This document shows, one piece after another, positions 44,866-55,327 of a stretch of DNA of 64,000 nt; within the stretch, counting starts at the first letter, position 1, and every line of letters begins with the position of its first letter. This stretch comes from an uncultured beta proteobacterium (GTDB taxonomy: Bacteria; Pseudomonadota; Gammaproteobacteria; Burkholderiales; Casimicrobiaceae): positions 659 through 64,658 of the forward strand of contig CAVWKH010000008.1 in NCBI GenBank assembly GCA_963755545.1. The letters run 5' to 3'. The position numbers were made by a program, and so were the translations under genes. A model generated the notes under the pieces. That model saw only the letters and a list, made by a program, of their open reading frames with translations, ran no database searches and was not told where the DNA came from.

Positions 44866-45696
44866 CTATTTCATCGTGTCGATGATGCGCGCTTCATCGG
44901 CCTTGAGTTTGGCTTCCATTTCTCCTTCCACGGCGCGCGCCCAGGCCAGGAATGCAGGCTGGTTCTTGTCGACGGCCATGCCGACGGGCGCTGCCTTCTC
45001 CGTGCTGTTCTGGCAATTGTTGTCCTTGGGCAGCACACCCAACGCCGGCAACTTCCGTCCCATCGCAACCCAGGGCACGCGGTTGATTGGCACTGCGTCA
45101 GCGCGCTTCGCAAGCACCTCTTCGACCGGCGCCACGCCATTGCCGGCGACGCCGCGCAATTGCGCCTTGGGAAAGCGCTCCTTTACCCAGCCTTCTTCGG
45201 CAGCACCGGTCCAGTAGGCGATGGTGATGTCGGGACGATTCAAGTCGTCAACGCTCTTCGCGGACGCGAACTTCGGATTGGCGGAGAGCCCGAACATGCA
45301 CACGCTGGTCGTGGAATAGATGACGAAGTCGATCACCTTCAATCGATCGGGCGTTTCCGCGAGCGGCGTGACCGAGATGTCGACCTGGTTCGACGCGAGC
45401 ACCGGCACCTTGGTCTCATGACTGACAGGCACCGCTTCGAGCTTCACGTTGAGGCGCTTGGCGTATTCGTTCGCAAGCATCCACGCCGGTCCGCTCCACT
45501 GGCCCCCGCCGCCGCCGGACATGTTCTCGACGAGCCATGGCGCGTTGGCCAGCACGCCGACGCGCAACACGCCGGCCTTCTTGATGGCATCGATGCGCGG
45601 ACTTGCGCCCGGCGCCGGCACCGCGACATCGGCGGCTGCAGGCAATGCCATCATGACGGCAACGATGGCAACGAGACAATGACCAGACGCTTGCAT
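44866..45696 (-). CDS. Amino acid ABC substrate-binding protein (family 3)
   Basis: Signal peptide; IKKAGVLRVG, TPDRLKVIDF; GAGGAGG RBS. Confidence 0.88.
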   Translation of the reverse strand: MQASGHCLVAIVAVMMALPAAADVAVPAPGASPRIDAIKKAGVLRVGVLANAPWLVENMSGGGGGQWSGPAWMLANEYAKRLNVKLEAVPVSHETKVPVLASNQVDISVTPLAETPDRLKVIDFVIYSTTSVCMFGLSANPKFASAKSVDDLNRPDITIAYWTGAAEEGWVKERFPKAQLRGVAGNGVAPVEEVLAKRADAVPINRVPWVAMGRKLPALGVLPKDNNCQNSTEKAAPVGMAVDKNQPAFLAWARAVEGEMEAKLKADEARIIDTMK

Positions 45697-45956
45697 GGTG
45701 TTTCCTCCTCGATGAACTTGATTGTGGCGCCGCCAGACTTGACGCGGACTTTGTGCCGGTTCGCTCCCGGTCGGAGCGTGATGATTGGGGACATTGCCCC
45801 GAACTGTCAAACGACGCGCGTTTCGCCCACGCCACCGCGCACGCCATCACGCACGCCGTCCTGCACAAAGCCGCGCTCCCGCGACAGCCAAATCGCGGCC
45901 TTGCCAACGACGGGCCCGATACAAAAGGAGCAGGTTGAGAAGGTTTAAGATTGACT

Positions 45957-47321
45957 ATGCAATCGCATCGTCATTCGTATCATCCGCGTCGATCGTTCGC
46001 AACGCCGCCGATCGCACCGCCGTCGCTGCTGCAGTTTGTCGTCCTGTCCATGCTGCTGCACATGCTGTTGGTGTTGCTGTTCGGCACGTCCAACTACGGC
46101 GGCGTTCGTCGGGGCGATGGCCTGCTGGGTTCGCTCGACGTGTCGCTGCGCTATCTGACGTCGGAGCAGGGCAGCGGATTTACGATCGCTCCCGGCGCAG
46201 ACACGCAACTTCCCGGCGCCGCATTGCTGCGTCGGCTGGAGGGTTTGCCGGCGCCTGTCCCCACACCCTCGGTCCACCCTGACGCCGCATCGACTGCGGC
46301 GCCGTCTCCTCCAACCTCCGGTGCGCCGCCAGAACCGGCGAGCGCCGCGACACCGCCAACGCCGCCCGCAGGCGAATCCGTGCCCGAGGCTGCGTTGTCG
46401 GTGCGACCGCCACCCGCCGAAGCACTGCCCAGGCTCGACCTCAACGCGCCGATCGAGGTCGACAAGCCGATTGACGTGCCTCCGGTGATCACGCCACCCG
46501 TCGCCGCGCCCCCGCGCGAACCGGTGCTACCCCCGATGCAGCCACTCGAGCGCATCGCGCCGGCCCGCATCGAACGCATGGCGCCTCCCGTCGATGTGCG
46601 GCCGCGCGAAATTCCCGTGGCGCCCGCCAAGGTCGAACACGAGCCGGTGGCGCCCGTGGACGTGAAACCGCGCGAGCCGCCGACGCCTCTTCCGGTGCCG
46701 CTCGAACGCATCGCTCCACCGCAGATCGAGCGGCAGTCGGCGCCGGCCGTCGAATTGCCTGCGCAACGCCAGACGCCCGTGGAGACCACGCCAGCGCCCC
46801 GGGTGGCGCCGAGTGTCGAACGCGAATCCGCGCCAGCGCCGCCGCGCAGCGAAGCGATCGAAAAGGCGCCAGCGCGCGACATCCCGGCACCGGCGGTGAT
46901 TGCGCCCGGCAGGCCCGCCGCGCAGGCAACCACGCCCTCATCGGCGCCCGCCACGCCGCGCGGCGAACCGGCGAAAGCCGGTGAGCAGCCGCGCCTGCGC
47001 CTCGGCGCGCCCGACGTCGACGACGAAGTTTTCCGTTCGCGCCGCGACGCGCCGATGGGACCCGCGGATGCCGGCGCCGCACCCCCCGGCATCACTGGTG
47101 AGGCGATGCGGAAGCGTGTGCGGGAAATCGCCAGCGAAGGGTCAGGTTCGCGCGGTGTGCTGAACCTGGTGCCGCCGCCGCCCGAACGCAAGGACAAGCT
47201 GGCCGAGGATATCGCCAAGGCTGCCAAGCCCGACTGTCGCACCGCCTATGGGGGCTTGGGCCTGCTCGCAGTGGTGCCGCTGGTCGCAAGCTCCGTGGGC
47301 AACGGCGGTTGCAACTGGTGA
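45957..47321 (+). CDS. Proline-rich TonB/TolA-like membrane-anchored protein with a non-TonB C-terminus
   Basis: TM containing S-x3-H (SMLLH); long Pro-rich linker with PLERIAP repeats; C-terminal DCRTAYGGLGLLAVVPL..GGCNW. Confidence 0.7.
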   Translation: MQSHRHSYHPRRSFATPPIAPPSLLQFVVLSMLLHMLLVLLFGTSNYGGVRRGDGLLGSLDVSLRYLTSEQGSGFTIAPGADTQLPGAALLRRLEGLPAPVPTPSVHPDAASTAAPSPPTSGAPPEPASAATPPTPPAGESVPEAALSVRPPPAEALPRLDLNAPIEVDKPIDVPPVITPPVAAPPREPVLPPMQPLERIAPARIERMAPPVDVRPREIPVAPAKVEHEPVAPVDVKPREPPTPLPVPLERIAPPQIERQSAPAVELPAQRQTPVETTPAPRVAPSVERESAPAPPRSEAIEKAPARDIPAPAVIAPGRPAAQATTPSSAPATPRGEPAKAGEQPRLRLGAPDVDDEVFRSRRDAPMGPADAGAAPPGITGEAMRKRVREIASEGSGSRGVLNLVPPPPERKDKLAEDIAKAAKPDCRTAYGGLGLLAVVPLVASSVGNGGCNW

Positions 47322-47337
47322 TCTGCCGCTTTCAGAT

Positions 47338-47967
47338 TCAGTCCCGGAAGAACACGCTGAAGGGTCGGGGCACGTCCTGCAACCGGTGCACGAACTTCAC
47401 GTGTATGAAACTCGACAGGCCCTCGAACAGAACGCGGATCTGATCGTGCCCGCCGGTGGGCAACGTTGCCCGGCCGAAGACGGGACGGGTGTCCGGCGCG
47501 CGGCGGCGCCCGGTGACCGCGATCGGAAGCTCGGCAAGATCGGGCTCGCGGCTCATGAATTCGCCATACACCGCCAGCTCCTCGATCTCATATTTGTTGC
47601 GCGTTGCGGTGAGATTGAAATGCTCGGCCAGGTCGGCCATGTGCGACACCAGCAGTTGCGCGCGGACTCGCGGCAGCGGTTCCACGATGCGCGCCTGCGC
47701 GTACAGGAGGAATTTATCGGTGATCGCGTACTGGTCGGAGTCGGTGCGCCGCCGTTCGAGCAGGCCGCTTTTCACCATCTGCTCGACCATGGCGAGACTC
47801 TCTCGCGGACTCATCTGGAAATCGCGGGCGAGCACGTCGAGGCTCACCGTGGCGCGTTCCGGCGGCTGGCCATGAAGCCGCATGATTACCCTGCCGGCAG
47901 CATCGCGAAGACGCATCGCGTCGATGCCGAAATAAAGGTGCCTCGTGACCAGCTGAAAACCATTCAT
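47338..47967 (-). CDS. Hypothetical protein: winged helix plus degenerate nucleotidyltransferase-like domain
   Basis: GGAG RBS; LARDFQM..MVEQMVKSGLLE..YAIT wHTH pattern; IEELAVYGEFMS..LAELPIAV. Confidence 0.7.
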   Translation of the reverse strand: MNGFQLVTRHLYFGIDAMRLRDAAGRVIMRLHGQPPERATVSLDVLARDFQMSPRESLAMVEQMVKSGLLERRRTDSDQYAITDKFLLYAQARIVEPLPRVRAQLLVSHMADLAEHFNLTATRNKYEIEELAVYGEFMSREPDLAELPIAVTGRRRAPDTRPVFGRATLPTGGHDQIRVLFEGLSSFIHVKFVHRLQDVPRPFSVFFRD

Positions 47968-48091
47968 CGCCTGCTCTCCGCACTCCCCCGGACCATGACG
48001 TTAGCATAAACTGCTTTAGTAGGCTACATCATGGCCTAAACATTGCAGATTTGGGGGCCGGCGTGTGCCAGGCGGCCAGCTGCATCTCATG

Positions 48092-51000
48092 TCACATGCT
48101 TCGCCTGTACTGGCCCCCCACTTCAAATAACGCGTTCGTGATCTGCCCCAGCGAACAGACCCGCACGGTCCGCATGAGTTCGGCAAATATGTTGCCGTCA
48201 TCGATCACCGCCTGCTGCAGCCGGGCCAGCGCGGCGGGCGCCTGCTGCGCGTGGCGCGCCTGGAAATCGGCAAGGCGCTGCAACTGCGACTGCTTTTCGT
48301 CGTTCGACGAGCGCGCGAGTTCGATCTTTTGCGGCGGGAGGTCTGCATTGGGATTGCGGAACGTATTCACGCCGATGATCGGGTACGAGCCGTCGTGCTT
48401 TTGATGCTCGTAGTACATCGACTCCTCCTGGATCTTGCCGCGCTGGTAGCCGGTCTCCATCGCGCCCAGCACGCCGCCGCGCTCGGAGATCGCCTCGAAT
48501 TCCTTCAGCACCGCCTCCTCGACCAGGTCGGTCAATTCCTCGATGATGAAGCTGCCCTGGTTGGGATTCTCGTTCTTGCCAATGCCCCACTCGCGATTGA
48601 TGATGAGCTGGATCGCCATCGCGCGGCGCACGCTCTCCTCGGTCGGCGTGGTGATCGCCTCGTCGTACGCGTTGGTGTGCAGGCTGTTGGTGTTGTCGTA
48701 CGTGGAGATCAGCGCCTGCAGCGTGGTGCGGATGTCGTTGAACGCGATCTCCTGCGCATGCAGGCTGCGGCCGGACGTCTGCGAATGGAACTTGAGCTTC
48801 TGCGCGCGCTCGTTCGCACCGTAGCGCTCGCGCATCGCCACCGCCCAGATGCGCCGTGCGACGCGGCCAATCACCGCATACTCCGGATCCATGCCGTAAC
48901 TGAAGAAGAACGACAGGTTCGGCGCGAAGTCGTCGATGTGCATGCCGCGCGCGAGATAAGCCTCCACGAACGTGAAGCCGTTGGACAGCGTGAACGCGAG
49001 CTGGCTGATCGGATTGGCGCCCGCTTCGGCGATGTGATATCCCGAGATCGACACCGAGTAGAAGTTCTTGACGTCGTGCTGGACGAAATACTCCTGGATG
49101 TCGCCCATCACCTTCAGACTGAACTCGGTCGAGAAAATGCAGGTGTTCTGGCCCTGGTCTTCCTTCAGGATGTCGGCCTGGACCGTGCCCCGCACCGTCG
49201 ACAGCGTCCACGCGCTGATCTTCGCCGCTTCGTCGTCGGTCGGCTCCCGTCCGTTGTCGCTGCGAAATTTCTCGACCTGCTGATCGATCGCCGCGTTCAT
49301 GTACATGGCGAGGATCGTCGGCGCCGGTCCGTTGATCGTCATCGAAATCGACGTCGTCGGATCGGTGAGGTCAAAGCCGCCGTAGAGCACCTTCAGGTCG
49401 TCGAGCGTGGCGATCGACACGCCGGAATTGCCCACCTTGCCGTAGATATCGGGGCGGATGGCCGGGTCGTTGCCGTACAGCGTGACGGAATCGAACGCGG
49501 TCGACAGCCGCTTGGCGGGCATGCCGTCGGCAAGCAGGTGAAAGCGCCGGTTGGTGCGGTACGCGTCGCCTTCGCCGGCGAACATGCGCGTCGGGTCCTC
49601 GTTCTCGCGCTTGAATGCGAACACGCCGGCGGTGAACGGGAAGCTGCCCGGCACGTTCTCCAGCAATTGCCAGCGCAGGATTTCCGACGCGTCGTCGAAT
49701 TTCGGCAACGCGACTTTCGGCACATGCGTGCCGGACAGCGAGGTGCTGGTCAGCGCAGTGCGGATTTCCTTGCCGCGGATCTTCACGACGTATTCGTCGC
49801 CTGAATACGCAGCCTTGGTCTGTGGCCACATGTCGAGGAGTTTTTTCGCGCGCGGATCCTGCTTGGCGTCGCGGTCGGCGAGCAGGGCATCAATCGCGTC
49901 GATTTCGTCGTCCCCGCGGCCTTTAGTCCCCGCGAAAGCGGGGAGGGGACCCAGTGTCTTTTCTCCCGCAACGCCACTGGGTTCCCGCGTTTGCGGGAAT
50001 GACGTAGCCGCCTCCGGGCGCGGGGACGACGACAAGAGCATCGCCTTGGTACCGGCCAATTGTTGCCGCTCGCGCGCGATCTTCGTCTGCGCCTGCGTCC
50101 ACACGTGGTAGTTGCGCACAGTGTCCGCGATTTCGGCGAGATAGCGAACCCGGTTTGCCGGCATGATCGCGTGCTGTGCGGTCGATTGCCGGGTGGCGAC
50201 GGCCGGCAACGTTCCGGATGCGACCTTGAGCCCCTTTGCCTTCAGCTCCAACAATAACGCCTGGTAGAGCGCCGTGACGCCGTCGTCGTTGAAGCGGGAC
50301 GCCATCGTGCCGAAAACGGGCATCGTGTCGGGCGCCTCCTTGAACCGCTCGCGATTGCGCTGGTATTGCTTGCGCACGTCGCGCAGCGCGTCCTGAGCGC
50401 CCTTGCGGTCGAACTTGTTGATCGCGACGAAATCCGCGAAGTCCAGCATGTCGATCTTTTCGAGCTGGCTGGCGGCGCCGAACTCGGGCGTCATCACATA
50501 CAGCGACGCGTCGACCAGCGGCACGATGGCTGCATCGCCCTGCCCGATTCCGGAGGTCTCGACAATGATGAGATCGAAGCCCGCGACCTTGCACGCCGCG
50601 ATGACGTCGGGAAGCGCCTTGGAAATTTCGCTCCCCGCGTCGCGCGTGGCCAGCGAGCGCATGTAGATGTTCGGGTGCTCGATCGCGTTCATGCGGATGC
50701 GGTCGCCCAGCAGCGCGCCGCCGGATTTCCGCCGCGACGGATCGATGGAGATGATCGCGATCTTCAGCGCGTCGCGCTGGTCGATGCGGAAGCGGCGCAC
50801 CAGCTCGTCGGTGAGCGAGCTCTTGCCCGCACCGCCCGTGCCCGTGATGCCCAGCGTGGGCACGCTGGCTTTTTCCGCAGCCGCCAGCAGTTCGTCGCGC
50901 AGCTTGGCCGGCACCGCGCCGACTTCCAGGCCGGTGATGAGCCGCGCCAGCGCGCGGGTCCGCGCAAACCGGTCACCTTCGCGGTCGTCGCCGGTGAGCG

Positions 51001-51484
51001 CCGCGAGCGACACGGGCATATCGTGCGCGAGGTCGGCGTCAGCCGCCGCGAGGATTTCGTTGATCATCCCCTGCAGGCCCAGTTTCTGGCCGTCTTCGGG
51101 CGAAAAAATGCGCGCCACTCCGTAGTCGTGGAGTTCGGCGATCTCGGTCGGGACAATGACGCCGCCACCGCCGCCGAAGACTTTGATATGGCCGGCGCCG
51201 CGCTCGCGCAGCAGATCGAGCATGTACTTGAAGAACTCGACGTGCCCGCCCTGGTAGGATGAAATCGCAATGCCGTGCGCATCTTCCTGGATCGCGCAGT
51301 TGACGATCTCCTCCACCGACCGGTTGTGGCCCAGGTGGATGACCTCGCAACCGGACGCCTGCAGGATGCGGCGCATGATGTTGATCGACGCATCGTGGCC
51401 GTCGAACAGGCTTGCCGCCGTGACAAAGCGGATCTTGTGGACGGGCTTGTAGACCAGCGGATGGCGCGTGCTCTGATCGTTCAT
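48092..51484 (-). CDS. icmF: Fused isobutyryl-CoA mutase-GTPase
   Basis: FDGHDASI B12 motif; [20 protein letters not shown] GTPase motifs; TRMFAGEG and TVQADILKE mutase domain. Confidence 0.96.
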   Translation of the reverse strand: MNDQSTRHPLVYKPVHKIRFVTAASLFDGHDASINIMRRILQASGCEVIHLGHNRSVEEIVNCAIQEDAHGIAISSYQGGHVEFFKYMLDLLRERGAGHIKVFGGGGGVIVPTEIAELHDYGVARIFSPEDGQKLGLQGMINEILAAADADLAHDMPVSLAALTGDDREGDRFARTRALARLITGLEVGAVPAKLRDELLAAAEKASVPTLGITGTGGAGKSSLTDELVRRFRIDQRDALKIAIISIDPSRRKSGGALLGDRIRMNAIEHPNIYMRSLATRDAGSEISKALPDVIAACKVAGFDLIIVETSGIGQGDAAIVPLVDASLYVMTPEFGAASQLEKIDMLDFADFVAINKFDRKGAQDALRDVRKQYQRNRERFKEAPDTMPVFGTMASRFNDDGVTALYQALLLELKAKGLKVASGTLPAVATRQSTAQHAIMPANRVRYLAEIADTVRNYHVWTQAQTKIARERQQLAGTKAMLLSSSPRPEAATSFPQTREPSGVAGEKTLGPLPAFAGTKGRGDDEIDAIDALLADRDAKQDPRAKKLLDMWPQTKAAYSGDEYVVKIRGKEIRTALTSTSLSGTHVPKVALPKFDDASEILRWQLLENVPGSFPFTAGVFAFKRENEDPTRMFAGEGDAYRTNRRFHLLADGMPAKRLSTAFDSVTLYGNDPAIRPDIYGKVGNSGVSIATLDDLKVLYGGFDLTDPTTSISMTINGPAPTILAMYMNAAIDQQVEKFRSDNGREPTDDEAAKISAWTLSTVRGTVQADILKEDQGQNTCIFSTEFSLKVMGDIQEYFVQHDVKNFYSVSISGYHIAEAGANPISQLAFTLSNGFTFVEAYLARGMHIDDFAPNLSFFFSYGMDPEYAVIGRVARRIWAVAMRERYGANERAQKLKFHSQTSGRSLHAQEIAFNDIRTTLQALISTYDNTNSLHTNAYDEAITTPTEESVRRAMAIQLIINREWGIGKNENPNQGSFIIEELTDLVEEAVLKEFEAISERGGVLGAMETGYQRGKIQEESMYYEHQKHDGSYPIIGVNTFRNPNADLPPQKIELARSSNDEKQSQLQRLADFQARHAQQAPAALARLQQAVIDDGNIFAELMRTVRVCSLGQITNALFEVGGQYRRSM
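49905..50032. repeat. Composite REP/RPE-like palindromic element inserted in frame within icmF
   Basis: 14-bp terminal inverted repeat TCGTCGTCCCCGCG / CGCGGGGACGACGA; internal hairpins TCCCCGC-GAAA-GCGGGGA and TTCCCGC-GTTT-GCGGGAA; related copy at 40457. Confidence 0.8.
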
Positions 51485-51722
51485 CGCATACCTCGGGCGG
51501 ACGGTTACTTTACCGGAACCAGCCCGCGGGGGCATCCTGTGGCTTTCAGGTCGCCTTAATGTCCATGGCGGCAAGATGGCGCCCGGGCTCCTTGCTATTC
51601 GGCCGGTCTGCCATCAGGTAACAGCCGGATTAGGTCCCCGAATTTAGTCCCGGTTCCACCCGTTAGCGTTTTTTGGCAACCTTATAGTCCGCTCCCTCTT
51701 CCAACCCGCTTAGGCCAGCCCC

Positions 51723-54482
51723 ATGTCTTCTGCGAAAACCTTACTGCGCCGCCTTGCTGCATTCCTTATCCCGCTGTTCGTCGCGGCAAGCGCCTCTGTC
51801 GCCACGTCCGCTGCCCTCTCGGCAGCGCTCCCCGCGGGCATCACGCAAGGGCCGACCATCGAAGGCGTCACCGAGTACCGGCTGGACAACGGCCTGACGG
51901 TGTTGCTGTTTCCGGACGCGTCCAAGCCGACGACGACGGTCAACGTCACCTACCGAGTCGGCGCCGCGAATGAAAACTACGGCGAGACGGGAATGGCGCA
52001 TCTGCTGGAACACCTGATGTTCAAAGGCACGCCGAACCGCGGCAACGTGTTCAGCGAGCTTGGGAAGCGCGGCATGCAGTTCAATGGCACCACCGGCTGG
52101 GATCGCACGAACTACTTCGAGTCGTTCACCGCCAATCCCGAGAACCTGGATTGGGCGCTGGGCATGGAAGCCGACCGGATGGTCAACTCGTACGTCCGCA
52201 AGAGCGATCTCGACTCCGAGATGACGGTAGTGCGCAACGAATTCGAAAGCGGCGAGAACAACCCCCATTCCGTGCTCTACGGCAAGATGCTGTCGACGGC
52301 GTTCCAGTGGCACAACTACGGACACCTGCCGATCGGCGCGCGCTCCGACATCGAGAACGTGAACATCGAGCGCCTGCAGGCGTTCTACCGGATGTATTAC
52401 CAGCCGGACAACGCCGTGCTGATCGTGGCGGGCAAGTTCGATCCAGACGCCACGCTGGCGACCATCGCGAAATATTTCGGAGCGATCGCCAAGCCCACCC
52501 GGACACTTCCCGCGATCTACACGCAGGACCCGGTGCAGGATGGCGAGCGCAGCGTGACGCTGCGCCGCGCCGGCAATTCCAAATTCGTGGGAATGACGTT
52601 CCACACGGTGCGCGGCGCGGACAAGGACTATGTCGCAACCGACGTGCTGGGAGACGTGCTGACGGTCGAGCCAGCCGGCCGTCTGTACAAGGCATTGGTC
52701 GAGACCAAAATGGCGTCGGCAGTTGAATCGATAGGCGAGGCGCAGCGCGATCCGGGATCGCTCACGTTGTTTGCGCAGATTCCCGAAAACGATGCCATCG
52801 CTCCGGTGCGCGATGCGATGTTCGCCACCATCGAGGACTTGAAGAAGAATCCGATCACCGAGGCCGAGGTCGCGCGCATCCGCATCCGGGAGGCGAAGTA
52901 TTTTGACCAGGTGATGTCCAATCCGCAGCAGTTCGGCGTGACGATTTCCGGCGCCATTGCCGTTGGGGACTGGCGCCTTTTCTTCCTGCAGCGCGACGCC
53001 TATCGCAACGTGACCGCTGCCGACGTGCAGAGAGTCGCGCTGCAGTACCTCAAGCGCTCCAACGTGACGATCGGAGAATTCATCCCCGAAGCCGCTCCCG
53101 ATCGCGCGCCTACACCCCCGACCGTCGACATCGCGGCGCTGGTGAAGGATTACAAAGGCGACGCGAGCGCTTCGCAGGGCGAAAGCTTCGATACCAGCAT
53201 CGCCAATCTGGATGCGCGCACGCAGCGCTTCACGCTGGCCAACGGGATGAAGGTGGCGCTGCTGCCCAAGAAGACGCGTGGCCAAAGCGTCAATTTCTCC
53301 CTTGCGCTGCATTTTGCCGATGAAAAGTCGGCGTTCGGCAAGCAAGCGGACGGACAGCTGACGGGCGCGATGCTGATGCGTGGAACGATCAAAACCGATC
53401 GGCAAAAACTGGAGGACGGCTTCGACCAGTTGCGCGCCCAGGTCAGCTTCGGCGGCAACGAGGTCGGCGCAACGGCGTCCGGCAAGACATTTCGCAAGGA
53501 ACTGCCGGAAACGCTTCGCCTGGTGGCGCAGGTGCTGCGCTATCCGTCGTTCCCGGCGCAGGAACTGGAAACATTGAAGCGCGAGCGCGCAACGGCGCTG
53601 GAAGAGTCGCGTCTCGATCCGCAGCAAGTCGCGGTGCGCGCCAGCCGGCGTGAAGGCAATCCCTATCCCGCGGGCGACCCCCGGTATACGCCAACGCTGG
53701 ATGAAGAGATAGCCTGGGCCGAGCCGGTGACACAGGAATCGCTGCTCAAATTCCACCGCCAGTTCTATGGCGCGCGCAAAGCGGAACTGGCCATCGTCGG
53801 TGATTTCGACGCAGACCAGATGCGCAAGCTGATCACGGAACTCTTCGCCAATTGGAAGGCGCCGGCCGCTTACGCGCGCGTGCCCGATCCCTTCGTGGCG
53901 AAGAAGCCGTACTCGCTGAAGTTCGAGCTCGCCGACAAAGCCAACGCATTCCTGATCGGCAGGCTTGCGCTGCCGTTGAACGACCTGAGTCCGGATTATC
54001 CGGCAGTGCTCGTGGCCAACCATGTGCTGGGCGATGCGCCGCAATCGCGCCTGTTCGAACGGCTTCGCCAGAAAGATGGCCTTTCCTACGGCGTGGGAAG
54101 CTTCTACCAGCCCAATTCGTTCGAAGCCAACAGCCGCTTCGGCATCTACGCCATTTTTGCGCCCGAAAACCTGGAGCGTGTTCGCCTTGGCTTCGCGGAG
54201 GAGATGGCCGCCGCGCTCAAGGACGGCTTCACCGACGCCGAGGTCAAGACCGCCAAGGAAGCGCTGATGCAGGAGCGCCGCCTCGGCCGCAACGAGGACG
54301 GACAGGTTGCAGGCACCTTGGCCAACCAATCCTATCTCGGACGCACGTGGTCGACGTCGGGCCAGATCGATGCAGCGATCGAGAAGCTGACGACCGCCGA
54401 CGTCAACGCGACCTTGCGCAAATTCATCAAGCCGGAGGAATTCGGCTATGTCGTCGCAGGTGAATTCACGAAGAAAAAGTGA
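51723..54482 (+). CDS. M16 family zinc peptidase (pitrilysin/PqqL-like), exported
   Basis: Signal peptide; GMAHLLEHLMFKG (HxxEH), EMTVVRNE, LRQKDGLSYG. Confidence 0.93.
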   Translation: MSSAKTLLRRLAAFLIPLFVAASASVATSAALSAALPAGITQGPTIEGVTEYRLDNGLTVLLFPDASKPTTTVNVTYRVGAANENYGETGMAHLLEHLMFKGTPNRGNVFSELGKRGMQFNGTTGWDRTNYFESFTANPENLDWALGMEADRMVNSYVRKSDLDSEMTVVRNEFESGENNPHSVLYGKMLSTAFQWHNYGHLPIGARSDIENVNIERLQAFYRMYYQPDNAVLIVAGKFDPDATLATIAKYFGAIAKPTRTLPAIYTQDPVQDGERSVTLRRAGNSKFVGMTFHTVRGADKDYVATDVLGDVLTVEPAGRLYKALVETKMASAVESIGEAQRDPGSLTLFAQIPENDAIAPVRDAMFATIEDLKKNPITEAEVARIRIREAKYFDQVMSNPQQFGVTISGAIAVGDWRLFFLQRDAYRNVTAADVQRVALQYLKRSNVTIGEFIPEAAPDRAPTPPTVDIAALVKDYKGDASASQGESFDTSIANLDARTQRFTLANGMKVALLPKKTRGQSVNFSLALHFADEKSAFGKQADGQLTGAMLMRGTIKTDRQKLEDGFDQLRAQVSFGGNEVGATASGKTFRKELPETLRLVAQVLRYPSFPAQELETLKRERATALEESRLDPQQVAVRASRREGNPYPAGDPRYTPTLDEEIAWAEPVTQESLLKFHRQFYGARKAELAIVGDFDADQMRKLITELFANWKAPAAYARVPDPFVAKKPYSLKFELADKANAFLIGRLALPLNDLSPDYPAVLVANHVLGDAPQSRLFERLRQKDGLSYGVGSFYQPNSFEANSRFGIYAIFAPENLERVRLGFAEEMAAALKDGFTDAEVKTAKEALMQERRLGRNEDGQVAGTLANQSYLGRTWSTSGQIDAAIEKLTTADVNATLRKFIKPEEFGYVVAGEFTKKK

Positions 54483-54526
54483 CGATGTATCATTGGCTCT
54501 TTCGGACCCCCGTCTGATCGCAAGCC

Positions 54527-55318
54527 ATGGAAACTACCGCCGCGAAGTCCCAGGACGCGTTCCGCAACTACGATGCCCCCGCGCGCGACACCGTGCGAGA
54601 GTTCTACCGGCTGAATCACGCGCGGCAGACCTACGATTTCGTGGTGGCGAAGAAGACCGATTATCTGCGCCGCAACCGGCGCGAAATGACCTGGTGGCAG
54701 GCGCTCGACTATCTCAACACGCTGGTCGACGATTCCGACCCTGACATTGCGCTGCCCCAGGTCGACCACCTTCTGCAGACGGCGGAGGCAATGCGCGCCG
54801 ACGGTCAACCGGACTGGATGGTGCTGACCGGATTCATCCACGACCTGGGCAAGGTGCTGTGCCTGTTCGGCGAGCCGCAATGGGCGGTCGTGGGCGATAC
54901 GTTTCCAACCGGCTGCCCCTATTCGCCCAAGGTCGTTTACAGCGAGTATTTCGCCGCCAATCCCGACATGGCGCGCAAGGAATTCCAGACCGGCACCGGT
55001 ATCTACAGCGAAGGCTGCGGCCTCTCCAATGTGCAGATGTCCTGGGGCCATGACGAGTACCTGTACCACCTCACGCGCGATTACCTGCCGCAGCCCGCGC
55101 AATACATGATCCGCTACCATTCGTTCTACGCGTGGCATCGCGAAGGCGCCTACGGGTACCTGCTGGATGACACGGACCGCGCAATGCTGCCGTGGGTGCA
55201 GAAGTTCAATCCCTACGACCTGTACTCGAAGAGCCCCGATCGTCCGCGCCTGGCCGACCTCAAGCCGTATTACGAAGACCTGATGGCCAAGTACCTGCCG
55301 GCGACCATCCGGTTCTAG
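54527..55318 (+). CDS. myo-Inositol oxygenase family protein
   Basis: [57 protein letters not shown]. Confidence 0.92.
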   Translation: METTAAKSQDAFRNYDAPARDTVREFYRLNHARQTYDFVVAKKTDYLRRNRREMTWWQALDYLNTLVDDSDPDIALPQVDHLLQTAEAMRADGQPDWMVLTGFIHDLGKVLCLFGEPQWAVVGDTFPTGCPYSPKVVYSEYFAANPDMARKEFQTGTGIYSEGCGLSNVQMSWGHDEYLYHLTRDYLPQPAQYMIRYHSFYAWHREGAYGYLLDDTDRAMLPWVQKFNPYDLYSKSPDRPRLADLKPYYEDLMAKYLPATIRF

Positions 55319-55327
55319 AGTCGCCCG

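Noticed and set aside
51484-51723. Cobalamin riboswitch upstream of B12-dependent icmF
   Set aside because: No B12-box or GGGAA...GCCCCCGC core seen; the region looks like a plain divergent promoter.
51741-54329. Long antisense ORFs (also 26052-28343, 8314-9741, 48251-49804 and others)
   Set aside because: Shadow ORFs opposite well-supported genes, expected from high GC3 codon bias; no motifs or RBS.
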